A stretch of DNA of 64,000 nt from Lepidodermella squamata (GCA_047495785.1 JBLDXI010000009.1:1550001-1614000); one strand, 5' to 3'; positions 37,613 to 49,887 are shown, counted from the first letter of the stretch. Program-made: numbers and translations. The notes: generated by a model not told the origin, from the sequence alone.

Positions 37613-40600
37613 ATACGGAGGTAGAGGAAGAGGCAGTGGCAGAGGCAGAGGCGGAAGAACCCCAGGTGATTCGTTTTCTCTTACTTACTCTGTTTCTTAC
37701 TCCTTTCTCCTTGCTCTCCTTTTACAGATGTTATACCGGAGCAGTCTGTTGGAAGAGGTGCAGGCGCAATCAGGCCAAGAGCGGGCGCAAATGTTACAAG
37801 AGGTAATTCGAACTTGATCATTAGAATGATCTTAAGCTTAACTTTTTTGTATTAGTTGCTATCCCTCAAGTTAGAGTTGCAGCCGCTGTTCAAAGAGGTG
37901 CTCCCTCAATTCCTGACGTCCCTGGACCCTCCAACGTTTCTCCTGTTGTTATTGGTATACCTATTACATTGCCAACCTAAAAGAACTAAAGCTATACCTT
38001 TCTTTTAGGCGTTAAAGGACAAGCACCACCGATGTTGATTAGCACTCCTTTATCCGTTCTCCCGAAAAGACAGCGTTTGATCGGCCTTCCTGTCAATATG
38101 TTAAGAAGTAAGCAGTAAATTGAGTTTAGTTAAGGTTGAGAGATTACATGAATTTGCATTAGATCCTCCGCCTGTTCAACTACGTCCTTCCTCCCCTATG
38201 GTGCTTACTCCTGTTGGGCTAAGAACGCCACAAGCTGCTTCCCAGTCTCACTTTCTCAGCCCTGACCTAAACATCCACCTGCTGACGCGGGCGGAACAGC
38301 TTGCTCTCTCTCAAGACTTATTACATAGTTTTCCTCAGGAGGAAGGTGCTAACGTCATTGATCCTGAAGATGAGCCTGTGGAAGCTAATCTGGAACAAGA
38401 TGAGGAGTCAGTGGTCGATGTCAGAAAGAAGACATACCGAGCTGCACGTAAGCCGTACAATGAGAATGCTGTCGAGAGAAACGAATTGGGACGAATGGAT
38501 CAAGTTTGCTCTCACTGTGGCGCGAAATTTTTTTTGGGCGAGAAAACTTCAGGCTCTAAAACACAGCCCAAATATTCCAGGTGCTGTAATCACGGAAAGG
38601 TATGAAATACTACTATTTGGTTTTGCGGTCGTTTAACCGCTCTTAATTGCAGGTTGAACTTCCTGAAATGGAGTAACCACCGCATTTGCTCAGGAGACTA
38701 CTCACTTCAAACGACGAGGACGCCAAGGATTTCAGGCAAAACATCAGAGCTTACAATAATGTCCTCGCCTTTACTTCTCTCGGCTGCGAAGGCCTCGACA
38801 AAACCGTCACACACGGTCGTCTCGGAGCTTTCACCTTTCGAATGTGCGGAGAAATGCGGCGCTACCACGGTCCCCTTCATCCACAGGGTAGTGAATCGCC
38901 GAAATTTGCTCAATGTTATATCTACGATGTCAACAACAAACTTAACAACAGACTCTCGCATATGTCTTCGCTCAACCGCGCAGTTCTTTCTTCCCTACAG
39001 CCCTTGATGCACGATATTAACCCCTACGCTGGACTTTACAAGATGGCTCTCGAAATATTGAACTCGAGATCTGACAATGTAACCGTACTTCTTCGGTCTC
39101 ATCGGACTGTTGATCGTCGCCGTTATAATCTATCTCAAACTGGCGAGCTTGCTGTTATCGTACCCACCTCTACTGACTCTGAAATGAAGCACCGAGATAT
39201 CTTTTTACAACTGCGATCGGGTATTCTGACCCGAATCAACGAGCTGAGCCCACACTACGACCCTCTGCGATACGTGTTGATGTTTGCAGAAGGCCAGCCG
39301 GGCTACTCCCTTGGTATACCGAATGCTGATCAATCCGGCTCATTGACTGCGATTGACTATTATTTTTATCGAATTCACATTCGGGACGGGTGGATGCATC
39401 GTTGTGGCAGGCTGTTCCACGAATACATCGTCGACCAGTATGTCAAGATCGAAGGTGCGAGGTTACTTTACCACAAACTTAACCAGGACCAACTTCGCAG
39501 TGACGTGGTTCGAGGGTTGACCGATGCGATGACTGCCGGAGAAGTCGATCCCTCCAAAATTGGCAAACGTATTATCTTGCCTTCTTCTTTCGTTGGTTCG
39601 GAAAACCTGATTTGTTCGTTACTTTCACCTGTAATCCGAAATGGGACGAGATTCAACGTGAGCTGAGGCCAACTGAGACCGCAGCTGACAGGCCGGACAT
39701 CGTTGTCCGTGTTTTCGCTATGAAACTACGCGAGCTCCTCGACAAAATTTTGGTCAAGCAGGTCCTTGGAAAAGTTGCAGCACACATATATGTCATTGAG
39801 TTCCAGAAACGAGGTCTCCCCCACGCTCATATCTTGCCAATAAATGAAAGATGAAAGATGAAAGACAATGATAAACGAAAGACCGACGCCGATATTGACG
39901 CTTTGGTTTGTGCTGAAATCCCCGATGAAACAACTTCTCCTCGGCTTTACAAGGCCGTTACAACCTGCATGATGCACGGCCCATGTGGCACCGAGTTTCC
40001 AAATTCACCATGTATGGAGAACGGACGATGTACCAAAAACTTTCCCAATAAGTTTTGCGATGAAACAAGCGCTGAACGTGATGGCTACCCCGAATACAGG
40101 CGAAGAAACGATGGTCGAAAAGTTAAATCCAGGAATAACGTCGAGTTAGATAACCGATGGGTTGTGCCGTATAACCCGTTTTTGTCAGCGATGTTCGACG
40201 CACACATCAACGTCGAAGTTTGCAGCACATTATCCGCAGTCAAATACATGTACAATTACGTTTATAAAGGTGACATTTTTGCAATAATCAATACGCCCTT
40301 TTTAAATTGTTCTTTTTAAATTTTAGGACATGACAAAGCGCTATTCACCAGATCTGTTAATGAAGACCCCGAGGCAATCGACGAAATAAAACGGTTCGTT
40401 GACGCGAGGTATATCTCCACCTCTGATGCGTGCTGGCGAATATTTGGATATTCCCTTCACCGTGAAAATCCGGCCGTTTACAGGTTATCATTACACCTAC
40501 CCGATAACCAGCCTGTGTATTTCCGCGCCAATGAAAACATCAACAACATCCCCAGCCATCGCTTTCGGACGTCGTTGACTGCTTTCTTCGAATTGTGTCG

Positions 40601-41495
40601 CGATGACTCATCTGCTAGAAGTTTGTCATATCCAGAAATTTCATGGCATTATAGATGGGATGCCAAGCATCGGAAATGGGTAAAACGGCAACGCGGAGGT
40701 GGCTGTGTCGGGCGAATTTTTGCAGCTCATCCAAACCAAGGTGAACTCTATTGCCTCCGTCTTCTCCTCCATGACGTCATAGGTCCTCAATCTTTCGACC
40801 ATCTCAAAACGGTTAATAGGGTTAAGAAAGAGTCCTTTCGAGCCGCTTGCAAAGCTCTAAACCTTATCGAGAACGAGGAGGAGTCCCGGGAATGCCTTCT
40901 TGAAGCTCGGACTCATTCCATGCCGCCTGCGCTTCGACAGCTTTTCTCAACAATTCTGCTGTATTGTATGCCGGCGGAACCTGAGAAGCTATGGGAGGAA
41001 TTCAAAGCCGATTTATGCCACGACTATTCCAGAATGGCCGGCCTAACCACTGCGGACGTCGAAAACCGCGCTTTGTTGGACATCGAGTCACATCTGTCAT
41101 CTCAGGGAAGCACCCTTGCGGATTTCCCAGCAATGCCGCTCTGTCGTGTTGTTGACGCCGTGTCACGAGTAATTCAAGAACACACCAACTTCGACCTCGC
41201 GCAGCTGGCTTCACAAGCCCTGGAAGCGAAGAACTTACTGAACGCCGAGCAGCGATCTGCTTCTGACCTCATTGTCGACAGTGCCGTTAATAAACTGGGC
41301 CACCTCTTCATGCTGTTGGGTTTGGCGGGTCTGGAAAAAGTTTCCTACTGAATGGAGTTATGGATGAAGTCCGGTCAAAGGGTCGCGTAGTTCTATCTTG
41401 CGCTTCTTCCGGTATAGCTTCCCTACTTCTTCATAACGGCAGAATGGCTCAAAATACCTATCGAAGGCGTTAATGAAAACACGACTTATATTCCG
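37613..41495 (+). mobile_element. Helitron Rep/helicase, spliced and pseudogenised, truncated in the helicase
   Basis: CSHC..CCNHGK zinc motif, IRAYNNVLAFTS, LPSSFVGS, FVTFTCNPKW, VIEFQKRGLPHAHIL (HUH), KYMYNYVYKG; internal stops, a deletion near 39600 and frameshifts. Termini not found. Confidence 0.92.
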
Positions 41496-41534
41496 GCAAG
41501 CAGAATATAATATAAATGTTATATTCTGCTTGCG

Positions 41535-43800
41535 CTACTGCAGCGGTACACTTACTTAACTACTTACGATGGCCGGCAATAAAGGCGGGAAGAAGAAGAA
41601 GAAGGCAGCTCCTACATTTTCCCTGTTTAAGGCTCTGCGGGGCCTGGACGCTGCTGACATCGCCAATGTGCTGAAGATGATCGCGGCGCTCAAGGCCGCG
41701 AAGGGTTGGAGACTCTCTCGGTTAGTGGCGAGGTCCACATGGACTCGGCTGACGAGAGTGGCGACGAGCCACCTACGCTCATCTATGCTGGCGCGGCCAC
41801 GTCCACGGCCTCGTCTCAGCGCCCGTCGTCGCACCCGACGGCCCCTGACCCTCGTGTTAAGCCGCCGCCCCAATGCACTCCTCCTGCGGGTGCTGCCCCT
41901 GCTCCGTCCACTGCTGCCAACACCGGTTCTTTTCGCACTGTCATAATCGATGGAATACACGGCATTCGGCGGAACGAACTTGAGCCCAGAATCTACGAGG
42001 CTGTCGCCTGGCTTCGACCCGAAACCGTTGTTATCATGGCTAGTGGTGGCTTGCGTATCATCTGTAAAACCCCCGCTGATGCTCAACGCCTTCTCGACCG
42101 CGATGGGTTCGCTCCTGAGGCCTTTCGTGGCTCCGCATTTCGCGTCCACCGCCGCGGACAGCCAGACCCTAAGGTTGATAAGTCCAAGCAAGCTGACAAG
42201 GACAGTCGTTCGGTGATCACTGCCCGGCTGCCTGGGTTCTATACTACTGACCAGCTTCTGAAGCACCTGAAGAACGTCGTCGAAATTCGTGACATGCCAG
42301 TTCACTCCCCCGGCGATGACCCGCTCCGCGTCGTCGTCCTCGCTGCGTGTATGCGCTGCGCCCAGTTTGGGCACGTCGAAGTTGACTGCTGCGGCAGAAA
42401 AAGACGCCCTGTGTGGGCGCTGCGCCTCGCCGAACCATAAAACTGCTCAGTGCGAAGCGCCGCGCGAATCCCTCGCCTGCGTCAACTGTCCGGACGGCGG
42501 CACGCCTCGCCATTCCAGTCTATGGCGCGGCTGTCCTCAGTTCAAGGCCGCTAAAGTGCAGGAGGCCGAGTCCCGTGCTGCCCCCGCCGAGGCGAAACGT
42601 GCTCGTGTCGCTCGCCAGAAGAAGATCACGCCACCGACCGCGCCGCCTAAGCCCCCTCCGGGCCGCGTTTTCCGAGTTGCCACTCGCGATCTTCTCGGCT
42701 CCGCGCCGCCGCCCCCACCGCAACTCCCGCCTGTTAACCCAAAAATATCGGTAGGTTGTACTATTACTCCAAGGTTAACCCTGCTATCCGTAACCAGTTC
42801 CAGACGCTCGACGGCGCTCGTCTGTTCGAAATGATGGACCCCCGCCTGAAGAAGTTCGAGGAAAAGGAGGTTGCCTACGGCCAGCGTCTTCTACGGCTTG
42901 AGAACGCCTTCGTTGAGATCACGGGCCTTGTCAAAGCGGTCGTGCATCCGCCTCCCGTTCCCGCGGCTGGTGGCCCGCCGCCCCCGCCTCAGCTCCTCCG
43001 CCGTCTTCCGTCTCGGCCCCGCGCGGGTAGAGATCGATCGCATCTCGCGGTGGTCCCACGAGTGGCGCCAGAAGTTTATTGCGTGGAAAAGCGAAGCCAT
43101 GCCGTTTGCCTGGCGCTCGTACCAGACCCGTCTGCACCTCGACGGCTCGATGATCCCTCAAGTTGCCGCGATTCGTGTACTCGGCGTGCACCTTGACGCA
43201 AAGCTGACTTGGAAGTCGCACGTCGACCAGATCGTCAACCGCAGCTGCACCCGGAACCTGCCACACTTTCGACGTATTGCCTGCACCCATGGCCTCTCTC
43301 GCCGATGGCGTCGCACCGCCTACCTCAGCCTTGTCCGATCCACCGCCACTTACGGCAACGTCGTGTTTTGTACCGCGCCTAAGAGGCAGCTGAAGCGGCT
43401 TGATGTGTTGCAGAACGACTGTCCGCGCTGCCTGCTAAACATCCGCCGCGATGACCGGGTCCGTGTCTCGGAGTTGGAACGCCGCTGTAGCGTGAAGAGC
43501 CTGCCTGCCTTCTTCGAACAGACCCAGCGCCGTTATGCTGCGAATGCTGTCCGGTTCGTCCTCCCTCTTAGAGAAGAAATTGAGCGGCTCCGCCTCTCCG
43601 CGAACCCGGTGCCCCGTTCCCCGCTGGCCTTGATCGCCAGCAGGCTTCCTCGGGGTCCTTTGCCCACTTTCGATGTCTGATCTTGCCGCCTCTCCCTCTC
43701 CCTCTCCCTCTCCCTCTATCCTTTGCTTTCTCCTCTCTCTACCCTTCTTCTTCCTCCTTTTCTCCCTCGCTGTGTTTACATGTCTGTCTGCTTTCGATAA
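41535..43800 (+). mobile_element. Internally deleted LINE (I/Jockey-group-like): ORF1 plus ORF2 C-terminus
   Basis: Zinc knuckles CMRCAQFGH, CGRCASPNHKTAQC, CVNC..H..GCP; VLGVHLDAKLTWKSHV from the post-RT region; EN and RT core absent; GC-rich; CT-rich 3' tail. Confidence 0.85.
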
Positions 43801-43827
43801 CTAATCCATCACCCCGCCCACTTGTGT

Positions 43828-44039
43828 CATGTGACGTAGATGTTGACGGACGCAGGACTACCCCGATTTTTTGCCTGAAAACATCGCGAAAAAGATAATG
43901 AGCCAAGCTTGGCTCATTATCTCGTTCGATTTATCATTGTTTTGATGCAGAGGCCGGGCCGAATTTCTGAATATTCGTGTTTTGTGGCTCAGGCAAAAAA
44001 TCGGGGTAGTCCTGCGTCCGTCAACATCTACGTCACATG
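43828..44039. mobile_element. MITE with ~51-bp perfect TIRs and 8-bp TSD (P- or hAT-type)
   Basis: CATGTGACG...CGTCACATG flanked by ACTTGTGT at 43820-43827 and 44040-44047. Confidence 0.9.
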
Positions 44040-44121
44040 ACTTGTGTCGGCCAATTGTTGTCCAAGTCTTTTTTTACTCTGTTATTACACGTAGGTTTTT
44101 CTAGTTTGAATTGGAATTATT

Positions 44122-44629
44122 ATGGCCAGTGCTCAATCTCAGCAAAGCGTCGATGCCAGTCGCAGAAGTTTAGTGAAAACTTACGAGCGCCGAATCCGAG
44201 AATCAGCCGCGATTATGTTGGACTCGATGGACAAAATTGCTGATCTGGCAAAAATATCGGTTGGTGGCAGCAGTGATTACGGTCAAGTGCCTAAGTAAGG
44301 ATTCAAACGATATCGATTATCGATTTCATTTTGGATTTTCAATTTTTATTCACAGACTAGCTCGGGCCGAGTTGGATGCCGGTGAAATGTCCGTACGAGT
44401 GGGAAATCTAATTCGCGCCTCGCAGGCTTTACTTCGAATCGCGTCAGAGCTCCGTCAACTGGCAGTTTTGTCTGATCTCCCAGCCGCAGCTGCTGAAATG
44501 ACCGAGACTACAGTCGCCTGTCGCAAGAAAGAACTCGAAATCAACAACCGCATTGAAACTGTGAAACAAGAAATTGCCAATGAACTTTTCATTCTCGAAG
44601 AAGAATATTTCACCAGTCCGGTGCAATAA
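44122..44629 (+). CDS. MED22: Mediator subunit 22
   Basis: SLVKTYERRIRE...EMSVRVGNLIRASQALLRIASELRQLAVLSDL...LFILEEEYF; one intron ~44294-44355. Confidence 0.85.
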
Positions 44630-44715
44630 GCTCAATTGAATTATTTCATTTTTATCTTATTAAACATTTCCTCGTAACTTTTCATCATATATAGGAATTT
44701 TTTATTTCAAATAAA

Positions 44716-45510
44716 ATGATGAGTAAAGTGAGACTGATAACATTTGACGTGACTGGCTGTTTATTAAGGCTGAGGCGTCCAGTTGGCGAAACCTACGCTA
44801 ATGTTGCTGCAGGGCATGGATTGATGCTACAACAGCAGCAGAAAACTCAGCTCTCAGCAGCTTTCAAGGAGTCATTCGTCGATCTCGACACTCGATTTCC
44901 GTGTTTCGGCGCTAAACACGGCGTTTCTGAGAAGGACTGGTGGCGCCAGGTTGTTCTGCATACTTTTCGTAGAGTCGGTGTACTCGGGCAATCACAGCGG
45001 CTCGATCGAGTTTTCAACGATCTGTATCAACGTTTTGCTACCCCGGATGAATGGGCTGTTGACGAAAATGTACCCCTGGTTTTACCCGAACTTTGGCGCC
45101 GAGGTATAAAACTTGGCCTGATAACTAATTTCGACAACAGAATTTTCGAATTGATGAACTGGACTGGTATATCGGAATGGTTGCACTTCATCGTGAATTC
45201 TCAACATGTGTGTTCAGCCAAGCCTGATTCGGCGATTTTTGAATCGGCTGCTAAGGAGGCTGGCCGGTTTCTGGACTCGTACCCTAATAATATTCGCAAC
45301 CATTGGTTGCACGTTGGTTCTGACTGGAAATATGATGTATATGGTGCGAAAAAAGCGGGCATAGCCTTTGCAGCCCGGTACTCGTGCGTTCCTGGAGACA
45401 GAGCTCGAAAACCTGATGATATGGACTCGATGGAGGGCGTGACTGAATTCAAAACCCTACGCGAGATTACTCATGGCTTTTTACCGAGTGAAATTCATCT
45501 CTCAAATTAA
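44716..45510 (+). CDS. HDHD3: HAD-family hydrolase HDHD3 / REG-2-like
   Basis: RLITFDVTGCLL, TNFDNR, AKPDSAIF, LHVGSDWKYDVYGA. Confidence 0.88.
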   Translation: MMSKVRLITFDVTGCLLRLRRPVGETYANVAAGHGLMLQQQQKTQLSAAFKESFVDLDTRFPCFGAKHGVSEKDWWRQVVLHTFRRVGVLGQSQRLDRVFNDLYQRFATPDEWAVDENVPLVLPELWRRGIKLGLITNFDNRIFELMNWTGISEWLHFIVNSQHVCSAKPDSAIFESAAKEAGRFLDSYPNNIRNHWLHVGSDWKYDVYGAKKAGIAFAARYSCVPGDRARKPDDMDSMEGVTEFKTLREITHGFLPSEIHLSN

Positions 45511-45553
45511 AACTTAACTCAAAATCTTCAAGAAAATTGAAGTAAGAAAATAT

Positions 45554-45620
45554 AAGAATCGTCCCACTTGAAGTCAACACACTACGGAAAATAGGCAAAA
45601 CCCCACTTTTCACTTGTTAA
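45554..45620. mobile_element. Solo terminus of the TTAA-ended TIR family seen at 19954
   Basis: aagaatcgtccc..aagtcaa..ggaaaatag..aaaccccacttttcacttgttaa matches the reverse complement of ~19954-20042. Confidence 0.7.
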
Positions 45621-45975
45621 CGGTCGGTTCATTCAACTTACTTTTACAACTTCAACTTATTATTATTATCATTTGTACTATTATTCCATTTTAATATTCA
45701 CTTAGCATTAGATGACAAGATGCAAGGCAAAAAATACCTTCCGCATGTTATTTGACTTTAAATTTCTGCATTTTTATTGCACCTGTATAGCCTGTTGTTC
45801 AAGTACTGGCAGTAAGTTACCGCCAGTACTTGAACATTTGGATATGGATCGGACAATTTTTTCGACCGCATTAACTTATACCGCCTGACGTCATATAAAC
45901 TAGCCTAAAGGTTCCTTCTGCCGCGCTGCCAACGATATGAATTAGTCTTTCAAATAACTTTAAGAATTTTTCAGC

Positions 45976-48900
45976 TGTTGTTGAGCTATATTGATAATTA
46001 AGTACAATCGATTCGCGGACCTAGGCGAAAACAGAGAGAATCTCGCTTTTGCTGTTTTCGTCTAGGTAAGCACATTGAATTTGTCTCAATTTGTACTAAT
46101 AAAGCTTATGCTGTTTTCGTCTAGGTAATTGTTATTACTTATCAGCACGAGATTGCTCTGTCAACTCAAGTTCTGAATCGAAATCAGCAAAATGGACAGT
46201 CTTAAGTCCAAGGTCCTGACTAATGCTCACGACTGGCCTCTGTGGGAACAGGAGCTATATTGGGTCTTGTTGGCTGAAGGCCTTCAGGATCTCGTTGAAT
46301 GGTCGGCTGGTATAGCGTCAGACATACCACCGGCACCCATGGCACCTGCACCTGCCCCACCTGCTCCGGCGGGCGTTCCGCCTTATTAGCGTCTCGAAGA
46401 TTCGGTCACTACCTTCGAAGCCCGTGTTACTGCTGGTGACGATCCGACAGCGTTGTTAGCTCGCAATGAAACATCGCTTCATTGCGTGCGGCGCTACCGG
46501 CTCCGCCTGCCCCTCCTGTTGTTGTTGTACCTGCTGCCCCGGCAGCTGTTGACCCGGTTGTTTTGCGTCAGCAAAAGGCGAAGGTTCATGAAGACTTACA
46601 CGAAGTTACGTCAACGTAAAATCGAAGTAAATGATGAAGACCTCTGCGCTATGTTTATCAAGGCTCTCAATGACCGGTTCAACGACGCAAGGAAGAATCT
46701 TCGTCGATTTACCGGCGATATCAAGTTCGACGGCTTACTGGTCCTCCTGCGAAATGAGGAGCTAAGTCTGGGTCTTGATGTGAAATCGGCCCAGGCTCAT
46801 GTTGCCAGGACGAATCAGAGTTCGAATAGCCCTCAACCATCGGCCAGGAAGAAGAAACCGCCATGTCGTTTTTGTGGCGACACGAAGCACGAGAAGGCCA
46901 ACTGCCCTGTCCGGCGCATGTTGGGGGATGATGCTGACTGTCGGAAGTGCGGCAAGCGCGGTCACGTCAAATCCGGCTGTTTGTCCGGCAAAAACGACAG
47001 TGGCGGTAACGATGTAGATTAAAAGTCCTCGACGTACGCCTACCCGTCGGTACGTTCGCCAAGGTTTGTGTTGCTATTCCGGCAGCTTGCTCAGCTACCA
47101 CCTACGCGGCCGCAAAGCAGTTAAATTCGAATGCGTGGATTATTGACACCGGTGTGACCGAATTCATGTGCAACAACGAAGCTCAATTCGACTCGCTCAA
47201 GGAGATGGCATCACCAATTGCTGTCCACATCGGCGATGGCTCCCCACTGGACTCGTACTACAGCGGTAAGATGAGTCTAAAATTTAACCTGCAAAATTCG
47301 AATCATATTAGCAAGCTTGAAAATGTCCTGTTTGTTACCGAACTTGCAATTAATTTTCTCAGTCTCGGCCGCCTCGAGGCTAATGGCTACAGGGTCGAGT
47401 TCGATGAGGGTGACGTCAGGGTTGTCCGAAAGCACTACAGTGAAGTTCTAGCGCTTGGTTTCCGACACGAATCTGGTCCACGCGTCATGAATGTCGAATT
47501 CACCCAGCCACTCGCCACTACTTCTGCTCAAGCTGCTGGGGGCAAAATCGCGCATGCCCAAGTCGCTGCGACGCTGAAGTTGCTACACCAAAGGTGCGGC
47601 AACGCGAGTGAAAAAGTCTTACGTAAGCTGATCAGCTCACACGCTGTCCGCGAAGTAAAGATTATCGGTACGAAACAACTCGACTTCTGTGAAGGTTGCG
47701 TTATGGGGAAAGCTCATCGACTTCCGCATCACTCAGTTGAAGAACCGCAGTCCAATGAATGTCTCGACCTAATCCACGCAGACGTGGCAGGTCCAGTCGA
47801 AGTCCCCGGGCTCGATGGTTCAATCTACGCGCTCTTCATTTTAGACGATTACTCACATTTTTAGTCTATTTCGGGCTGAAACATCGAAGCGAAGTATCGA
47901 CGAAAATTCAGGAATTTTGCGAGATGGCTGCAAACCTTCATCAGCGTCGGGTCGGTCGACTTAGAACCGACACGCTCTCGAGAATCTACCCGAAGAACTC
48001 GAAGACTACTGCCGTTCCAATGGTATTGTCCACGAGCGAAGCGTGGCATATTGCCCGGAACAAGACGGCAAAATTGAACGACACGTGAGAGTGGGTTTCG
48101 AGAAAACCAAGTCGATGCAATGTCATGCAAAAGCGCCTAAGAGTACATGGAACGAATGCCTGAACTACGCAGTTCAGATACACAATCGGCTGCCTTCCAC
48201 GGCGATCCCCGATGGCGAAATCCCATTCCACCTGTGGTTCGGTCGCCGAGCCGACCTATCTATGTTGAAGTTGTTCGGTTGTCGTGCGTTTTGCCATATT
48301 CCTGATCAACAGCGGAAGAAACTCGACGCAAAAGCGAAAGTTTACCGTTTCGTCGGCATTGATACGAACATGAAGGCCTACCGACTGCAAGAAGTCGGCG
48401 CTCCGAAAATCGTTAGTCGTTATGATGTTACGTTTGACGAAAGTCGAACTGACTTCGAGGGCGAAAAACCGACGGTGGATCACGGCCCGATCGAAATGCC
48501 TGAATCGTTAGTGAGCGGACGCGTTCCTCGAGTTCGCCTCATCCCGACAACGAAGATCGACGATCCCGCCGAACTGGCTGCGGTCAAGGTGGCTAACAAA
48601 GCCCGCCTCGAAGCGGCGGTCCGCGCCGCGGCTGAAAAAGCTACACCGAGCACATCACCTGTTTCAACGCCCGTTTCAATGCCCGTTACAACACTCGTCA
48701 CGTCGAAGAACCCGGTACCTGAAGAACCCGCTGAAGGTCATCGTCTCAAGTCAGTTGCTCCACCTCCTGAGGTGGGGGTCAGTGGGGGCTCAGGAGCTGA
48801 ATCGACCGAGATATCGTACAAGCAGGCGCTCGCCTCCGACGAGTGGCCGGAATGGGAGCTATCAACGGCGAAATTTCCGTCTGGCACAATGTGGGGGCGT

Positions 48901-49295
48901 ACGAGTCGGCCGACGAGTCGGAAGCCGAGGGTGACAAAATTCTCGGCACTCGGCATGTGTTGACGCAAAAGTTCGACAAAAACGGGAATCCGATTAAAAA
49001 GAAGTGCCGTATTGTGATTCAAAGACACTCCCAAGTGAAAGGAATCGACTATGATGAGTCAAAGGTTCAGGTGCTCCGAATGGCATCACTGCGAGTCCTG
49101 TTGTCAGTTGCCGCTGCGCAAGGTTGGCACGTGGAACACATGGATGTTGAATGCCCTTATTTGAATGCCCCGTGTCGCGAACTGGTTTTCGCCAGACCAG
49201 CCCCCGGTTTGGGACGACCCGGAAAGATTTGGAGGATCCGTCGCGTAGTTTACGGCCTGCCTCAAGCGGGTCGAGCCCTCCGAATCGAGAAATAA
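45976..49295 (+). mobile_element. Degenerate Ty1/copia LTR retrotransposon, 3'-truncated in RT
   Basis: Gag CCHC knuckles, protease WIIDTG, GAG-pre-integrase HQRCG..CEGCVMGK, integrase LDLIHADV, then RT HMDV..YGLPQAGR (PR-IN-RT order); many stops and frameshifts; short candidate 5' LTR ~45976-46138. Confidence 0.9.
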
Positions 49296-49397
49296 GTTAT
49301 TTCTGTTAAATAAAACTGTTAAATAACTGTTATTTCAGTGGGTAATTTTGAGTTTCATTCCATAAATTTATTTCGAATTTAGTCTTTAATTTTTTAA

Positions 49398-49805
49398 ATG
49401 GCTGCAGCTGTTGGAAGTGGAAATGCGACAGTGGCTGATTTTTGCCACAGATGTGGGACAGTAATGCCTCTACTTAGCCATGGAGCTGTAGTCCTTACGT
49501 GTTTGCGATGCGGTTTCCAGCTCAATGTGTCCACGTTGGACGGCGTATCGCGAGAAACTGTCATTGTTTTCAACCGTTGGGACCCTGTGACAAAACGCCG
49601 TGTCGAAGGCTCGACGACTATTGCGAATGAAAAATCGGCGGATGGCAAGGAGAAAATGATGGCGCCTGTTGTTGCGAGGAGATGCTCGAAATGCCCCAGC
49701 GAGGAAATGATGTTCACGACTCGGCAGACTCGTAGCGCTGATGAAGGTCAAACTGTGTTTTACACCTGCGTTGAATGCGGCCATCAAGAATGCGAAAATT
49801 CCTGA
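49398..49805 (+). CDS. POLR1H: RNA polymerase I subunit RPA12
   Basis: FCHRCG..CLRCG and CSKC..TRQTRSADEGQTVFYTCVECGHQECENS. Confidence 0.95.
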   Translation: MAAAVGSGNATVADFCHRCGTVMPLLSHGAVVLTCLRCGFQLNVSTLDGVSRETVIVFNRWDPVTKRRVEGSTTIANEKSADGKEKMMAPVVARRCSKCPSEEMMFTTRQTRSADEGQTVFYTCVECGHQECENS

Positions 49806-49887
49806 AAGAAATCTGCTCATTTGTTTCGCTTATAATCAAAATGTCCTCCTTAAATTATTTCTTAATTTGTAGAATTATTTGATAAAA

